From positions 2,086,158 to 2,150,157 of the forward strand of contig MU058781.1 of NCBI GenBank assembly GCA_013265495.1: a DNA stretch of 64,000 nt, written 5' to 3'. This DNA is from Vicugna vicugna (lineage: Eukaryota). Below, piece by piece: positions 12,500 to 25,499 of this stretch. The position numbers were made by a program, and so were the translations under genes. How positions within the stretch are numbered: the stretch's first letter is position 1; each line of letters opens with the position of its first letter. The notes under the pieces are model-generated. The model was not told the origin of the DNA. It did no database searches and was given only the letters and a program-made list of their open reading frames with translations.

Positions 12500-15409
12500 T
12501 TGTCTTAGAAGAGAAGAGAGAAATTGTCTTAGAGAAGAGAGAGAAAAAATATTTGAGGAAATGATGGTGACAGTTTCCCCAAATTTGGTAAAAGGCAAAA
12601 TTTTACACATATAACAAGTCTATTAAATCCCAAGCAGGAAAAATACAAAGAAAATCATATCTAGGCACATCAAAGTCAAACTTCTGAAAACCATGATTTA
12701 AAAGAAACTCTTGAAAGCAACTGCAGACTAGCCACAGATTAACTGATGACATGCAGTGGAATGATACACATTAACAATGATTTCTTGTCAGAGACAATGG
12801 ACACAAGAGGATAACAGAGTGACATCTCTAAAATGCTGAAAGAAGAAAAGTCAATCTCGTGCAGTGAAAATAACCTTCAAGAATGAAAACAAAATAAAGA
12901 CATTTTCAGACAGATGAAAACTAAGAGAATTTTTATCAGCAAACTTACAGTACAAAAAAAAGTAGAAGTTCTGCAGGTGAGAACTGATGCCAAAGGGACA
13001 TTCAAATCTTCAGAGGAGAATGAAGTACCAAACATGATAGATGTGTGGCTAAATATAAGATTTTTCTTTTTCCCAATTTTTTAGTATGACTGTTTAAAGC
13101 AAAAATTATAACATTTTACTGTGGAATTTATAATATTGTAGATGAAATACATATGATAACTAAAAAGTAAAGGAGTTTAAATATCTATATTTTTGAAAGA
13201 TTATTATACTTTGTATGAAATGGTCTAATATTAAATTTAAGAAATATGTGAAAAATTAAGGCTGTATATTGTGGTCCCTAGAGCAACCTACTTGAAATAA
13301 TGCAAAATGATATAACTTAAAAGCCAAAACCCATTAAAAGGGGATTCACAAAGACCCAATTAAATCAAAAGAAACTAAGAAAGTAGGAGCAGAGAACCAA
13401 AATAACAAATACAAAACCAGATAAACCAATGGAAAAAAACCAATAAAATGGTTGGTCTAAACTCAACCATATCAATAATTGGATTAAATATAAATGTACT
13501 AAACACTACAAAGAGCAGTCAAAAATTCATAGTAGTCAGAATAGATAAAACAAGACCCAACATAATCTCTCCATAAAAGATGAACTTTAAGTATAAAAAT
13601 GTAAATAGGTTGAAAGTAAATGATATTAGAAGATGAATCATGCAAACAGTAAACCCAAGAAGGTTGGAGTAGCCATATCAGCATGAGATATAATAGATGC
13701 TAAGGCAAACAGTATTACCAGAGATAGAGAGAGGCATACGAGAATAAAAGGATAAATTTATAAAAAGACGTAAGAATCATACATGTATATACCTAATAAA
13801 AGAGGTTCAAATACATTAGATGGAAAAGTAACATACTTAAAGGGAGAAAGAGACAAATCTACAATGATAGTTGAAGTTTTCTCTCAGCAAGTGACAGAAC
13901 CAACAGACAAAAGATCTGAATCACACTATGACTTCCTTCACCTAATTGACATTTGTAGAACACTACACCTAACAACTGCAGGATGAACATTCTTTTCAAG
14001 TGCACCTGGCATGTTAACCAAGCTAAAGCATACGGTGGGCCAAAAGAAGTCAATATATTTAAATGGACTGAAATAATACAGACTATGTTTTCTAACCACA
14101 ATGCAATTAATTAGGAACCAATAACGATAAGATATGGAGGAGGGATAAAACCCAAATATTTGGAAATTAAACAACACACGTCACACTTGTCAAAAACCCA
14201 TGGGTAAAGAAAAAATGACAAGATACATTACAAAATATTTCAAACTGAATTATAACAAAAATATAGCATATTAAAATCTGCGAGATACAGCTAAATGGAA
14301 ATTTATAGCTTTTAAATGTCTAGATTAGGAAAGGATAAAGGTATAAAATCAATGACCTAAGATTCTACGGCAAGACTTAGAAAAAGTACAGCAAAGTACA
14401 GATGGTCCCCAACTTACAATGGTTCAACTTACAATTTTTAAACTTTACAATGGTGCGAAAGAAATGTGCATTCAGTAGGAGCTGTACTTTGAAGTTTCAA
14501 TTTTGATCTTTTCCCAGGCTAGTGATAGGCAGTATGATACTGTCTTATGATGCTGGGCAGTGGCAGCCAGCTGCAGCTTCCAGCAGCCCCACAATCACAA
14601 GGCTGAACAACTGATATACTTACAACCATTCTGTTTTTCACTTTCAGTACAGTTTTCAATCAATTACATGAGATATTCAACACTTTATTATAAAATAGGC
14701 TTTGTGTTGCATGACTTTGCTCAACTGCAGGCTAATGTAAGTGTTCTGAGCATGTTTATGGTAAGCTAGGTTAGGCTATGTTTGGTAGATCAGGTATATT
14801 AAATGCATTTTCGACCTATGGTATTTTCAATTCCTTATGGGCTCACCGAGACATAATCCCTTTGTAAGTGAGGAAGATCTGTATATCCAAAGTGAAGGAG
14901 ATAGTAAAGAGGAGAAATCTATGAAACAGAAAACAGATTAATGATAGAGAAAATTTTTTTCCTTTTGAAAGGATAACAAAGTTGATAAGCCGTACATAGG
15001 GTGATCAAGAAAAAAATAAGAAAAATTACCAATATTAGGAACAAATGTATGAATATACTACACATGCTACTGATATTATCAACAACTTTATGTTAATAAA
15101 TTCAACAATAAGATGAAATTCTTGAACAATACAACTTAACAAAACAAAGATGAAACAGGAAATTTTACTAGCCCTGTATCAAATAAATGTAATTTGTTAT
15201 TGAAATTGTTTGCTCAAATACAACATCAGGGTCAGATGATTTCACTGGTGAACACTGTTAAACATTTAGGTAAGAAGAGATATCAATCTTACACAAATGC
15301 TTTCTAAAACAGAAGAGAAGGAAACACTTCACAATGAGTTTTATGAGGCCAGCATGACCCTGATACTAAATCTGACAAAGACGTTTCAAAGAAAGGAAAC
15401 TAAAACACC
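12500..15409 (+). mobile_element. Old L1 (L1M-type) ORF1-ORF2 fragment, 5' part
   Basis: A-rich degenerate L1 ORF1/endonuclease sequence (e.g. LIDICRTLHLTTA, ttcttttcaagtgcacctgg, FYEASMTLI); interrupted by a Tigger-type element. Confidence 0.85.
14399..14881 (-). mobile_element. MER47/Tigger5-type non-autonomous DNA transposon
   Basis: Imperfect TIRs CAGATGGTCCCCAACTTACAA ... TTGTAAGTGAGGAAGATCTG, TA on both sides; interior resembles MER47. Confidence 0.8.
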
Positions 15410-18400
15410 AGTCATGTCAAACTGGCCACCTGGTTTGGGTTCCTCTCCCCACTACCAACAGGCAGACAAGCTTCCCTAACTGGAGGGGTGGGGCAGGGCA
15501 GGGCAGGCTGGCTGGGAGCTGGGGAAGGGGCTACAATACCAAACTTTTGTACAGCCCCCAACTGAACATGGAAGATAATGCAATTCAATCTGACTTTCTT
15601 CAGATTCCTCCAAGATCTGGACAGAAGCCAGAAGTGGGTGAAGAAATACAAGATAAGTGACTTGGAAGATAAAACGCCTGATCTGCTAAGCAAACATTAC
15701 TGCCAAATACTTTGAGAAAACTATGGTCTGTAGAACTAGTACTCATCAGAGCTCTCTGAGATTATGCTATGTCAGCGTAGTTGATTTCAGCAGTCATCTG
15801 AACAATCCACATGGTAGACAATGAAAATAAATAAAATAATTGAGTGATCATGAAATCAGAACACAAACAGAAAAAGAAAGATGAAACTTCTGAACAGGAA
15901 CAAACACAGAAATAAAGAAAACAGCAATACCCAGAGTTCCAATGCAAAGGAAGAGGGTAAAGAACTAGATGAGGGTATTTTATCCTTAAACTCTGCAGAG
16001 AATGAAAACAAAGAGTACCTAAAATTTTATTTGAAGTTTAATTCTTATAAAGTACATGTATGGGTTCACGCGAAGCTGACAAAATCTCAAGAGACCTTTT
16101 TTCTCCTGAGTATGTTCCAGCACTGCTGGAGTGCAGGGGATATTCTGGTGCGGCAGTCATGAGAAAGTCCTTGAGACAATAGCAGTTGACACATCAGTGT
16201 TTTTGAAAATGCAGCAGAAACAGACTGCAAGAGCTCCAGTGGAAAGAAACAGGGACGTGAGAGACTCACCTCTTCACCATCATCACTAATAAGATGGACA
16301 TAGCAGGGAATGGGCAATCACCTGTACTGGTGAGGTTCATCAATGAACCTCAAGGCAGAGAGAGGAGTATGGGCTTTCTACCTTCTGAAGCTGATGCAAA
16401 AATTTTGGCTATGACATTTCACAATGTGATGATGGAAGAGTAGGGGACAAACATGAAGCACCTACGTGGTCTGTCTTAGACTATGTCTAGTGGACCTTCT
16501 CCCAAACACAAGTCACGGTGACTAGACTCTGAGAAAAGCAACCCCAAGGTATCTATACAGTCTCTTCTTTCTCTGCTTTAAATACATAGCTGTCAAAAGC
16601 AGTGTCTGTCGCAGGAGTATCTCTTGCTTTGGGAGCAATTAAAGATGTTTGTTCTTTCTTCTGCTGATCAAAACTGCTTTAGAACTCAATGTAATTTCTG
16701 TCCTCTTTCAGAACAGTGAAGGATAAAAGGCAAACTGAAGGAAATTTGCCATTTTCATTGAATAGGCAGGTATGATGCTTTTGAGAGTTTTGTAGAATTC
16801 CTGCAATTATTTGTTTTATGTTTATATGGTTTAAATAATGATACAAATGTTAGATAGACTAACTTCAGAGCTGGCTGAGCTTTTTTTCTCTGGGGTGCAT
16901 TAACAGATTTTGTTTTAATTATCATTGTTGTTCATAAAAATGTCTGATGTTTTAGAATAACCTTTGGGAAAAATGTCCAGGGTCACACCTCTGATGTTTT
17001 CTTTGCAGCACAAGCTTGACTGTAGAGTTGTATTATATGCAGAGATGGAAAAATATGTTTATCATAAATTTTGATTTGAGAAAGGCATGATTCAGCACCA
17101 AACTTGATATTTAAATGGAACTTCCTAGGAATTCCCTTTGGGCTGAGAGAATTATTATAAACAAATACTCAGTGCTCCAACAATGAAACACATCATTCAG
17201 GACCTTAAGGATATTTTGTTAGAATACCATTTCACATCTCTTAAATGCTTACCTCTTGTAGCCTCATTTACAAAACAGCTCACATTCAACACCATGCCAA
17301 CATGTACCAAAGTGAGTTATCCAACCCCCACACACTCTGCCAACCTTCACTGTTGGAGGATCAAACCAAACACAGAGGAAAAGACACAGAGCTTCCATTC
17401 GCTATGTACAAAGCTCCCTATTTGTCTCACTTCAAGTTTTTTCTTAATGTCTATGCCTTGCCAAAGGTCCTGTGTATTCTTCCTTGATGAAGTTTGAGAA
17501 TGAGAGCAATGAAATTAGATAAAAACATCTTAAGCATAACAAAGAAATATTTCAATAGAACAGAAGTCAAATAACTTTCTCAACATAAATCTTGATATAA
17601 AATATGATTTTAATTTAATAATAGACACATATATCAAACTACACATTTAAGCCAGAGTTTCCTAAAAGTACTTTAAAAAAAAAACACTGAAAATATCTAA
17701 GAGAAAGTTTGAAAATAGGTTTTACCCTTATGTTTGATATTCGGAGGAAAAGCTTGTTAAGTGTATGTAGGCTACTTAATCTGCTTCTGGGCCTTCCATT
17801 AAATGCATTAAACATTGATAAACTACCTGTTAAATGGCCACTGTTTAAACTTTCATTCTTTGAAGACCTCTCATTTCAGAAGACAACATTGAAAGAACAT
17901 TTCATTTCTGTGTGATTTCTGTTGGTGGTAATCTGGAGACATTTTAGTTAAGCCATTTTGAACAGAACATTATTATTGCCATGAATTTAATTATCACGTA
18001 TTAGTTCTTTGAAGAAGTAAATGTTGGGGAGTTGTGGGGAGAAGGAATGTATTTCATAAAATACTGCAATAGAGCTCAGGACCATTGACTAGTAGGTGTT
18101 TTAGTATGTTGTTCAGTCTGTAATGGGCAGTTAAGGAAACTACCAACAAGTAGAAGAAACTGTGAGCTCTACAAACGGAGATTTCAGTATAGATTTTGTC
18201 CCCATTAAGTGAGCGTAAAGAGAAAACTGAAGTCTGACTAAAAAGCAATCCACTGGGGTTCTACTTCTGATTGTTATTTACAATCCTTTGTTGAATTTAT
18301 ACCTTAACTGAGTCGTAAGCTTTCTAGAGATACACACTGAACATATGTTTCACAGTCAAGACAGAATCGAGGCCAAGACTACTGACCATCTCTTTGATTG

Positions 18401-18570
18401 CTTTCTTTTCATGGCCATATACTGCCTCGTCGTGATTTATAAAACTTACCTGGGAAAAATGGGAATTTTGTTGTTTACATACAGAATAATACAGAAATTA
18501 TTGCTGCTATTTTGGTGAGAAAAATTTTGTACAATGTATTATAATCTAAATAAAATGTAAATTTTATTTT
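15410..18570 (+). pseudogene. Processed pseudogene of THAP12 (PRKRIR), with 5' UTR, decayed CDS (~15536-17700) and 3' UTR
   Basis: From 15536 reads IPNFCTAPN*TWKIMQFNLTFFRFLQDLDRSQKWV...DLEDKTPDLLSKHY (THAP12: MPNFCAAPNCTRKSTQSDLAFFRFPRDPARCQKWV...DLEDKTPDQLNKHY); later ENKEYLK, HIIQDLKDI, LHCWRIK, KHRGKDTELP, KFFLNVYALPKVLCILP; intronless, ATG->ATA, stops and frameshifts; AATAAA at 18549. Confidence 0.93.
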
Positions 18571-18574
18571 TTAA

Positions 18575-19590
18575 AATTATAAAACAATTCTTTATAACCA
18601 TAGATGCAAAACTCCTTAACGAAATATTCACAAATGGAATTCAGCCATATATTAAAAGAATGATACACAATGACAAAGTAGAGTTTATCCCAGGAACGCA
18701 AGGCTAATTTCACATTCAAAAGTCAATCAATACTACTCATCATATTGGCAGACTAAAACCGTAGGATCTTCTCAATAGATGCATAAAAAGCACTTGACAA
18801 ATTTAAAAAAAAATTAATAATATTTAAAAAACTCTAAGTAAACCAGAAATAGAAGGGAACTTCCTCCACCTGATAAAGAATATTTATGAAAATTTTACAG
18901 TTAATATAATGCTGATGGGTGAAAGAATAAGTGTTTTTCCTCTAAGACTGGGCACAGGGCAAATATGTTCCCTCTTAATGTTGTAATGGAAGCCCTAGCC
19001 AGAGGAATAGGGCAAGAAAATGAAATAAAGAGCATAATGTGTTTGTATGAAAATTCTAGGGAACCTATAAACAACTACTAGAACTAATCAGCAAATTTTA
19101 AAATGTTACAGGATACAATGTCAATATTCTAAAATCAATTTTTCTTGTATATTTTACTGGTTTGATGATAATAAAATTAAAATTTTTTATTTGTTATAGA
19201 AAGACATAAAATATAAAGACAAAATATTTAGAAATAAATTGAATAAAAACATGCAAGACCTCTCCACTAAAAATTACAAAATATGGCTGAGAGAGATTAA
19301 GGAAAACCCAAATAAATGGACAAAAATATCATGTTTATATATTAGAAAACTCAAGTAAATTTGAAAAAGAAGAACAAAGTTGGAGGATTTACAACTCTGA
19401 ACTCAAAATTTACTAAGGCTACACTAATCAAGACTGAGAAGTATCAGTGGAACAGGACAGAGAGGCCAGAAAAGATTCACACTCATACAATCAATTAATT
19501 TTCAACAAAGGCACCAAAGCAATACACTGGGGGGCAAGGAAGATCTTTTCAAGGAAAGGTACTGGAATAATTGTATTTTAAAGTGGGAAA
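18575..19590 (+). mobile_element. Continuation of the same L1 ORF2 (RT region) after the THAP12 retrocopy
   Basis: Resumes with catagatgcaaaactccttaacgaaatatt, the L1 sequence that normally follows the segment ending at ~15409. Confidence 0.85.
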
Positions 19591-21619
19591 TACTTACCTG
19601 AAAGGAACCTGGATGTTCACCATTGCTTTTGTTTAATACACTAATCTGATGTGTTGTTCTTTTCTATTTACACATTAGTAATGTAGTACCAGCTAATCAA
19701 AGCACTGTTTCTGCTATTAGAGTAGTGGAAAAAGACTACTCAGGAATAGTCTTTTTCTTTTTATAAAAATAACATTTTTAAGTTACAAAGCAATAGTTTT
19801 TCATTAATGACGATTTCAATGTTAAAGTATAAAGTAAACAAAAATTACCTATGATCAAACAACCCAGAAATCAAGCAAAATGACCTTTTGGGTTAGTCTT
19901 TCTAATCCTCTGTATATGATATTATAAAAATTATATAATGCATTTTAACTTAATATTATTTTGCATGTAATTTTCTTATTTCAAGGCTCTCAGTTTTTAT
20001 TATTTTTGTTTGCATGTAATATGACAATATTAGCTTTCATTTCAACATATTTTTATGACACTTGTAATTGCATTTCCTGAAAGCATAAATTTTTACTGCA
20101 AGCTATATCCAAATTGCACTTCTAATCAACATCAATGTCTAGAGTATCTGCCAAACTCATAACGACTCTTATTCCATGGAAACTGCCCATTTCACAATCC
20201 TCTATCCAAAATGCAACTGTGCTACTGAACAAGCATGACTCAGGGAAGCAACCATGGGACAAGTTTCATTTTAAATTCAAACTGTTACTTTAAATTTATT
20301 TTGTATGTTTAGTTCTTCTCCTGCCCCTGATGAAATTTAGGGCAGTTCACAAAACTGAGCATTTCAAAATTATATTTTAGTATCCTGTTACAAGAGAAAC
20401 CACAGAAGCAATCTTTAGGCAGCCAAATTTACAGTAGATAATCTGTTCAAGGCCACAATCAACTGTTAAAGTTCTGGCAACCTGAACGAAATGGGCCAAC
20501 TATGCTCTTACCCAGGAATTTCAAAATTAAGTCCAGAGTAAAGTTTGCCTGCAATGATATCCCACTTTGTGGAGTGAACACCAGAGAAACAGAGTCTTCA
20601 GAGAGAAATAAAACAGGAGGAAGTACAAAAGGAAGCAGATATGGACCAAGAGCATTTCCTGGATTCTGTCAGCTGTCAATTGCTGGTTTCACTTCCTTCC
20701 AGAACCACAGTTACATTCTTGTCTTTGGGTTCTGTGAAACCCCTCAATCATTGCAATATCCAAATTCTAATTTTTTTTTTGTCAACTCAAGTTTGTTAAA
20801 GAGGCCCAAATAATACAAAAATGAATATGGATTGTGGGAGGTCCTCTCCCATAAACAAACAACCCTATTCATGATCAGTATATCCTCCGGCTTTGCCCAG
20901 AAGAGGGTCTCTGATCTATTCCCTTAATCTGAGAGTCCATGTTAGCTGTAAATTTACAGTGCTCCTTGCTCACTCACTGAGGTACTGACTGTACCCAGAT
21001 CATCTCTGCTCTGCTGAAGCATCAGTGTCAAACTTCTGTATATATTTTCCTGATTTGAGAGAGTACATTGTCAGAAAATGCATAGGATTTGATATTCAGA
21101 GAGTCCTTCAGATGAGTTTTTAATTCTAATCCCTTTGTGTTGTTCTTAGAAAGGAAATCAAGTTTTGTCTTACTATTATTTCCAAGGTAGTCAATAATTT
21201 TAATACTGTAAGAATAAAACACTTGAGTTATTTTGGCTTCTAAATGTCAGTAAGTTCTGTTTTCAGAAATTTGCCTTGGGTGAAGTATAAATTTACATGA
21301 CATATTTTTAGTGACTAAGACAAAATTGTTAAATAAAAAAGTTCCAGTATCCAATAATGTGTATTGGTTAGTGTGGCTCTAAGGATATGTCTAGAAAACC
21401 AAAGATAGCAGAGAATTAACTCAACTCTAAAATGTCCTGATATTAATTTTTCATCACATCACATGACTTAAAAATTATCTTTACAATTCATATCACAGAT
21501 TCTGTCTATCTTGGGTGAAATATTTTTAGCTTAGAAAACCAGTCTGTAGAACATACTAGGTTTTAGAAACTTGATTCCTTCACACTCTCAAATTATTGTG
21601 ATTTTATTAAGTGAATCAA

Positions 21620-21861
21620 GTAAAAATTATTCAATAAACATCCAACATTGTGCTAGGTGCTACAACTGTTTAAGAAAAAAAACAAGATGAAATGAGATGT
21701 GGCCTTTGCCCTTCTTTGCCTGGTAAAGTAGTTGGGAAGAGATATAAGGCAACAGTAATAAAACAAGACAGTGTGGAGTAATGTGTGTGCTGGTTTTTAG
21801 AAGTTCTGAGATGGGGGAGAGAACAATGGAAAAGAAGTAAACAAAGAAGCTAAGAACAGAG

Positions 21862-21921
<60 letters not shown>

Positions 21922-22920
21922 AGCTTGCATTTCTGACAACTTTTCTGTCATTCCCTTCTTGGGGCTCCACTGGAATGAACTGAAGCTGAAATGGTCAGAG
22001 AGAACTTCCTGAAGAGGTGGGATTTGATTTGGGACCTGAAGTAAGACCTGGCATTTGAAAGGATGAATGGCTAAGTAGACAACATAAGCCAAAGTATGGA
22101 GATGAGAATACACCCAGTTTTGCAGAGAAGCAATTCATCTTACTAGCATTAGAAGCCATAGGAAATGATACTGGGTGAGTGTGGTGGAAAAAGAGCAAAG
22201 GATTTTAAACACGAAGAACACAGGGAATAGCTGAGTAGAGGAATTACAGGATGAAAACTGGGTTTGGGGAGATTAGTTACGCAAGGTTATGAAAGATGCA
22301 TTGAATGGGTGGAGACTGAAGCCTGGCAAGGTAACTAGGCATTGCTGTAGTGATCCTTCCAGGAGACAATGAGGGCATGGACTGGGACAGCGTCATCTCA
22401 AATAGGGAGGATGGATGGATAAGAGCTTTTCAAGGCAGAAAACTATCTTGAGCAAGCTGAGCTAGAGGGATGGCAGAACTTCCGGCTAAAGGAGTTGGGA
22501 GGTATGAGGCTGGAGCTTAGGGAAGAGGGCAGACAGGAGAAGTAGGCTGATGTGGACTTAGTCAATGACATAGAAGTTACAGCTGAAGCCAAGAGAATGA
22601 GGGCGATTTCTGAAAGAAGCAATGTGGAGGAAAGAACAGAGAAATGAGACCTGAGAAGCACCAACATTGAGGGCATAGCACTAGTAAAATGAGCCAGTGC
22701 AAGAGGGAACATGCGGCCTGGGATATAAGTGAGACATAGTGTGGCCAGAGAATTAAGGCAGCAGAGTGGTTAAGGAGGAGGAGGCTGTCACCAGTACCAA
22801 AAGAAGCTGCATGAGCAAGATGATGAGGATCTTTAGGAGATGCGTTAACAGTGATGCAGGACTAGAAACCAGGTCACAGAGATAATGGAGGGAAGAAGCC
22901 ATGAGGCGATAGGCCGGTGG
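21620..22920 (-). mobile_element. L2 fragments
   Basis: Purine-rich degenerate sequence (tattcaataaaca...tgtgctaggtgc; gaagccaagagaatgagggcgatt; accaacattgagg) typical of antisense L2. Confidence 0.55.
21867..21918. repeat. (AG)n microsatellite, about 26 units
   Basis: Direct reading. Confidence 0.95.
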
Positions 22921-23029
22921 ACATGTGCAGAATCACGCAGTGGTTAGGAGGACAGGCTCTGATGGCAACATTACCTGAACCCTGGCTCCACCCAGACTTG
23001 ACAAACGCAGAAGTTGACCTTCGTCTCCA

Positions 23030-23483
23030 TGCACTGGATTGAACAGCATCTCCCCAAGTTCACATCCTTCCGAGAACCTCAGAGTGTGGCCTAATTTAGA
23101 AATAGGGTTGTTGCAGATGTAATTAGTGAAGACAAGGTCACACTACAGCAGGGTGGGCCCTTAATCCAGTATGGCTGATGTCCTTAATAAGAAGAGGAAA
23201 AGACACAGAGAGAGACACACACAGGGAAGATGCCCATGTGAGGATGCAGTCAGAGACTGGGGTTATTATGCACTTGCAACCAAGGAAAGCTAAGGACAAC
23301 TGGCAAAACCAGAAGTTAAGAGAAAGGCACACAACAGATTTTCTCCTAGAACCCCGAGAGAGTACAGCCTTGCAGACACCTTGAGTTTGGACTTTAAGCC
23401 TCCAGAACTGTGAGAAATCATTTCTGCTGTTTTAAGCCACCCAGTTCGTGGTACTTTGTTATGGCAGTTCCAGCAAACTAATA
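23030..23483 (+). mobile_element. MaLR LTR (MLT1C-like) inserted in a MIR
   Basis: gaacctcagagtgtggcctaatttagaaataggg...gcctccagaactgtgaga...ttttaagccacccagttcgtggtactttgttatggcag...aaactaata. Confidence 0.85.
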
Positions 23484-23849
23484 TTCTTGGTCACCTCATC
23501 CTTAAAGTGAGGATACTAACACTCTCTTTATGTGGGGGCATTGCTTAGCATTATGGCATGAAAAATGCTTAGTATAATGTCCGCCCCATTGGAAGAGCTC
23601 AGTTACATGTTGCCATATATTATGTTTTTCTTTTAACAATTTGGTGTGTAAGAAAGGAAAGATGATCCTAGATAAACCATGCATATGGTGAAGTAAATGT
23701 TGTTGTTGTTACTGCTTCTTTTTAAATAGGAGTTTTGTGTGCATACTTAAACATAGCAAATAAATAAAATCTCCAGAGAGAGAGGGACAGACTAAAGAAT
23801 TTGGAGATGATACACATCTTCATCAAAGACCAAATCCAGTGCAAATGAA

Positions 23850-24320
23850 AGATTTTGAGAGATGTGACCATAAAGTAATAGACTACATACTTCAAAGACT
23901 TACTACCATTTATAATTCCAAATTGATATCACCCTTCAGAGAAGGGTATGCTCTGGAAGGTAGATTCTTATTCTAATGGTGTTGCCATTATTTCAAATAC
24001 ATTTTAATTTTCTCCCAAACCAGAGAGTTCCAAACTACACAAAAGTTTTACCACTTAGGACACACCTCATTTTTGATCAAAAGTTGTATCTTCCCTGGGT
24101 GGTCGCTCAACTGACATGACACCAAGCAATTCCTGACTATTTCCAAATGCCAAATCCACCCTTAAATTATAAACATCAGCATCACTGAGGGCATTTTTAA
24201 AAAGTGTGCTAAATACTTATCAAAGAAGCCTTAAATACCCAATGTGAAAGAAAACATTCTTATTTCAAACAGAACATCAATCTTGTTGGCATAAATGCTT
24301 GATGACTTCAAATAAGGCAA
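23850..24320 (+). mobile_element. Ancient mariner-derived element (MARNA-like)
   Basis: ctatttccaaatgccaaatccacccttaaa...catcactgagggcatt resembles the mariner transposase C-terminal LFPKIKSTLKG..F..IEDI segment. Confidence 0.5.
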
Positions 24321-25321
24321 GCCTTTTGACAAAAGTTTTTTGAATTATGTATTATATATCAGTCTTTTCCCAGATACTCAAACAGTTAAGCCCTAACTGG
24401 CTACTCAGTGAACCAATGACGGAATTTTTACTGGTGAATTCCCAACTGAGGTCCTCTTAGCAATTTCTAAGTAAGTACATTTAAATACATGGCTTTATTT
24501 TTCCCTCCTCATATCTTAGAACTCAGTATGCATGAGAAGGAAATGGCCTTGTTTTTCAAAGACTTAAAAGAATAGAAAGGCATAAACAATGATTTCAAAG
24601 TGCTTAATAATCTATTCACATCATGTTCAGACTTTCAGAAAGGAAGAAGGACAAACAAAGGGAAAAAAGGTCATCTTTAATTTGTCCCCACTTTAACTTT
24701 CTCAGACTTTCCAGACCGACAAAAAAGGGGGATCATTAACAAAAAGGCACTTCGCTTAAAATGAGATCTTTTTAAATGGGCCTCTTAGTACACATGAACC
24801 ATGAATTTTTTCACTGCCTAATATTCACCCTGGACTAAATTAGTCTTTATTCATCCTTCTACTGCATTTTTGTACCATATTTCACAGTGAAATACTAATC
24901 TGCACTTTATTTGAGCTTAGAAATCCAGGACAAATATAAGGAGGTTGAAATAAAAGAGGAGGCTCCCTTGGAGGCCAGACTCTGAGAGGCAAGAAATGCA
25001 CCCTGGTTGCAGAGAGGAAGTTGCATTTTGTTGTGCAATTTGTTGGTTGCACAGAGTTCTGGGCCTACTCCTGAGAGATGACATCTGTTCAACCACTGCT
25101 CAACTCAGTCCTTGCTCAATCAATTATCTCTTAATTCAATTTTAAGACACTGTCTTCCATTCCACTGGTTATCAGGAGTGATGAAGAAACTAAGAGAAGG
25201 AGCTGCGTGCCCTAGTTGGTACAACCTTTTCTCAAACTTGGAATTGGGTCACATGACCTTGGCTATGAGGAAGGTTCTGATTCATCCTAGCCTATTCTTT
25301 TAATTTCCTCATCATTAATGG

Positions 25322-25437
25322 AACATATATATACATGTTTGTAACTGAGTGTGTATATATCCATATGTGTGGGTATGTGTATATATCCATATGTATATAT
25401 GTAATATATTTACTGAGTATACACATATATTATATAA
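25322..25437. repeat. Degenerate (TA/TG/CA)n low-complexity tract
   Basis: Direct reading. Confidence 0.75.
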
Positions 25438-25499
25438 TGGTGGGAACTTCAGAGAGAGACAGGGTGACCTGCTGATAAACGGTCTTCCTGCCATGATAA

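Noticed and set aside
12497..12544. Two-copy ~24-bp tandem duplication (aaattgtcttaga...gagaagagag)
   Set aside because: Local slippage at the edge of an L1; no array or spacer structure.
17183..17497. ORFs with transposase-like (hAT dimerisation) peptide segments
   Set aside because: Frameshifted fragments of the THAP12 processed pseudogene, not an intact gene or active transposon.
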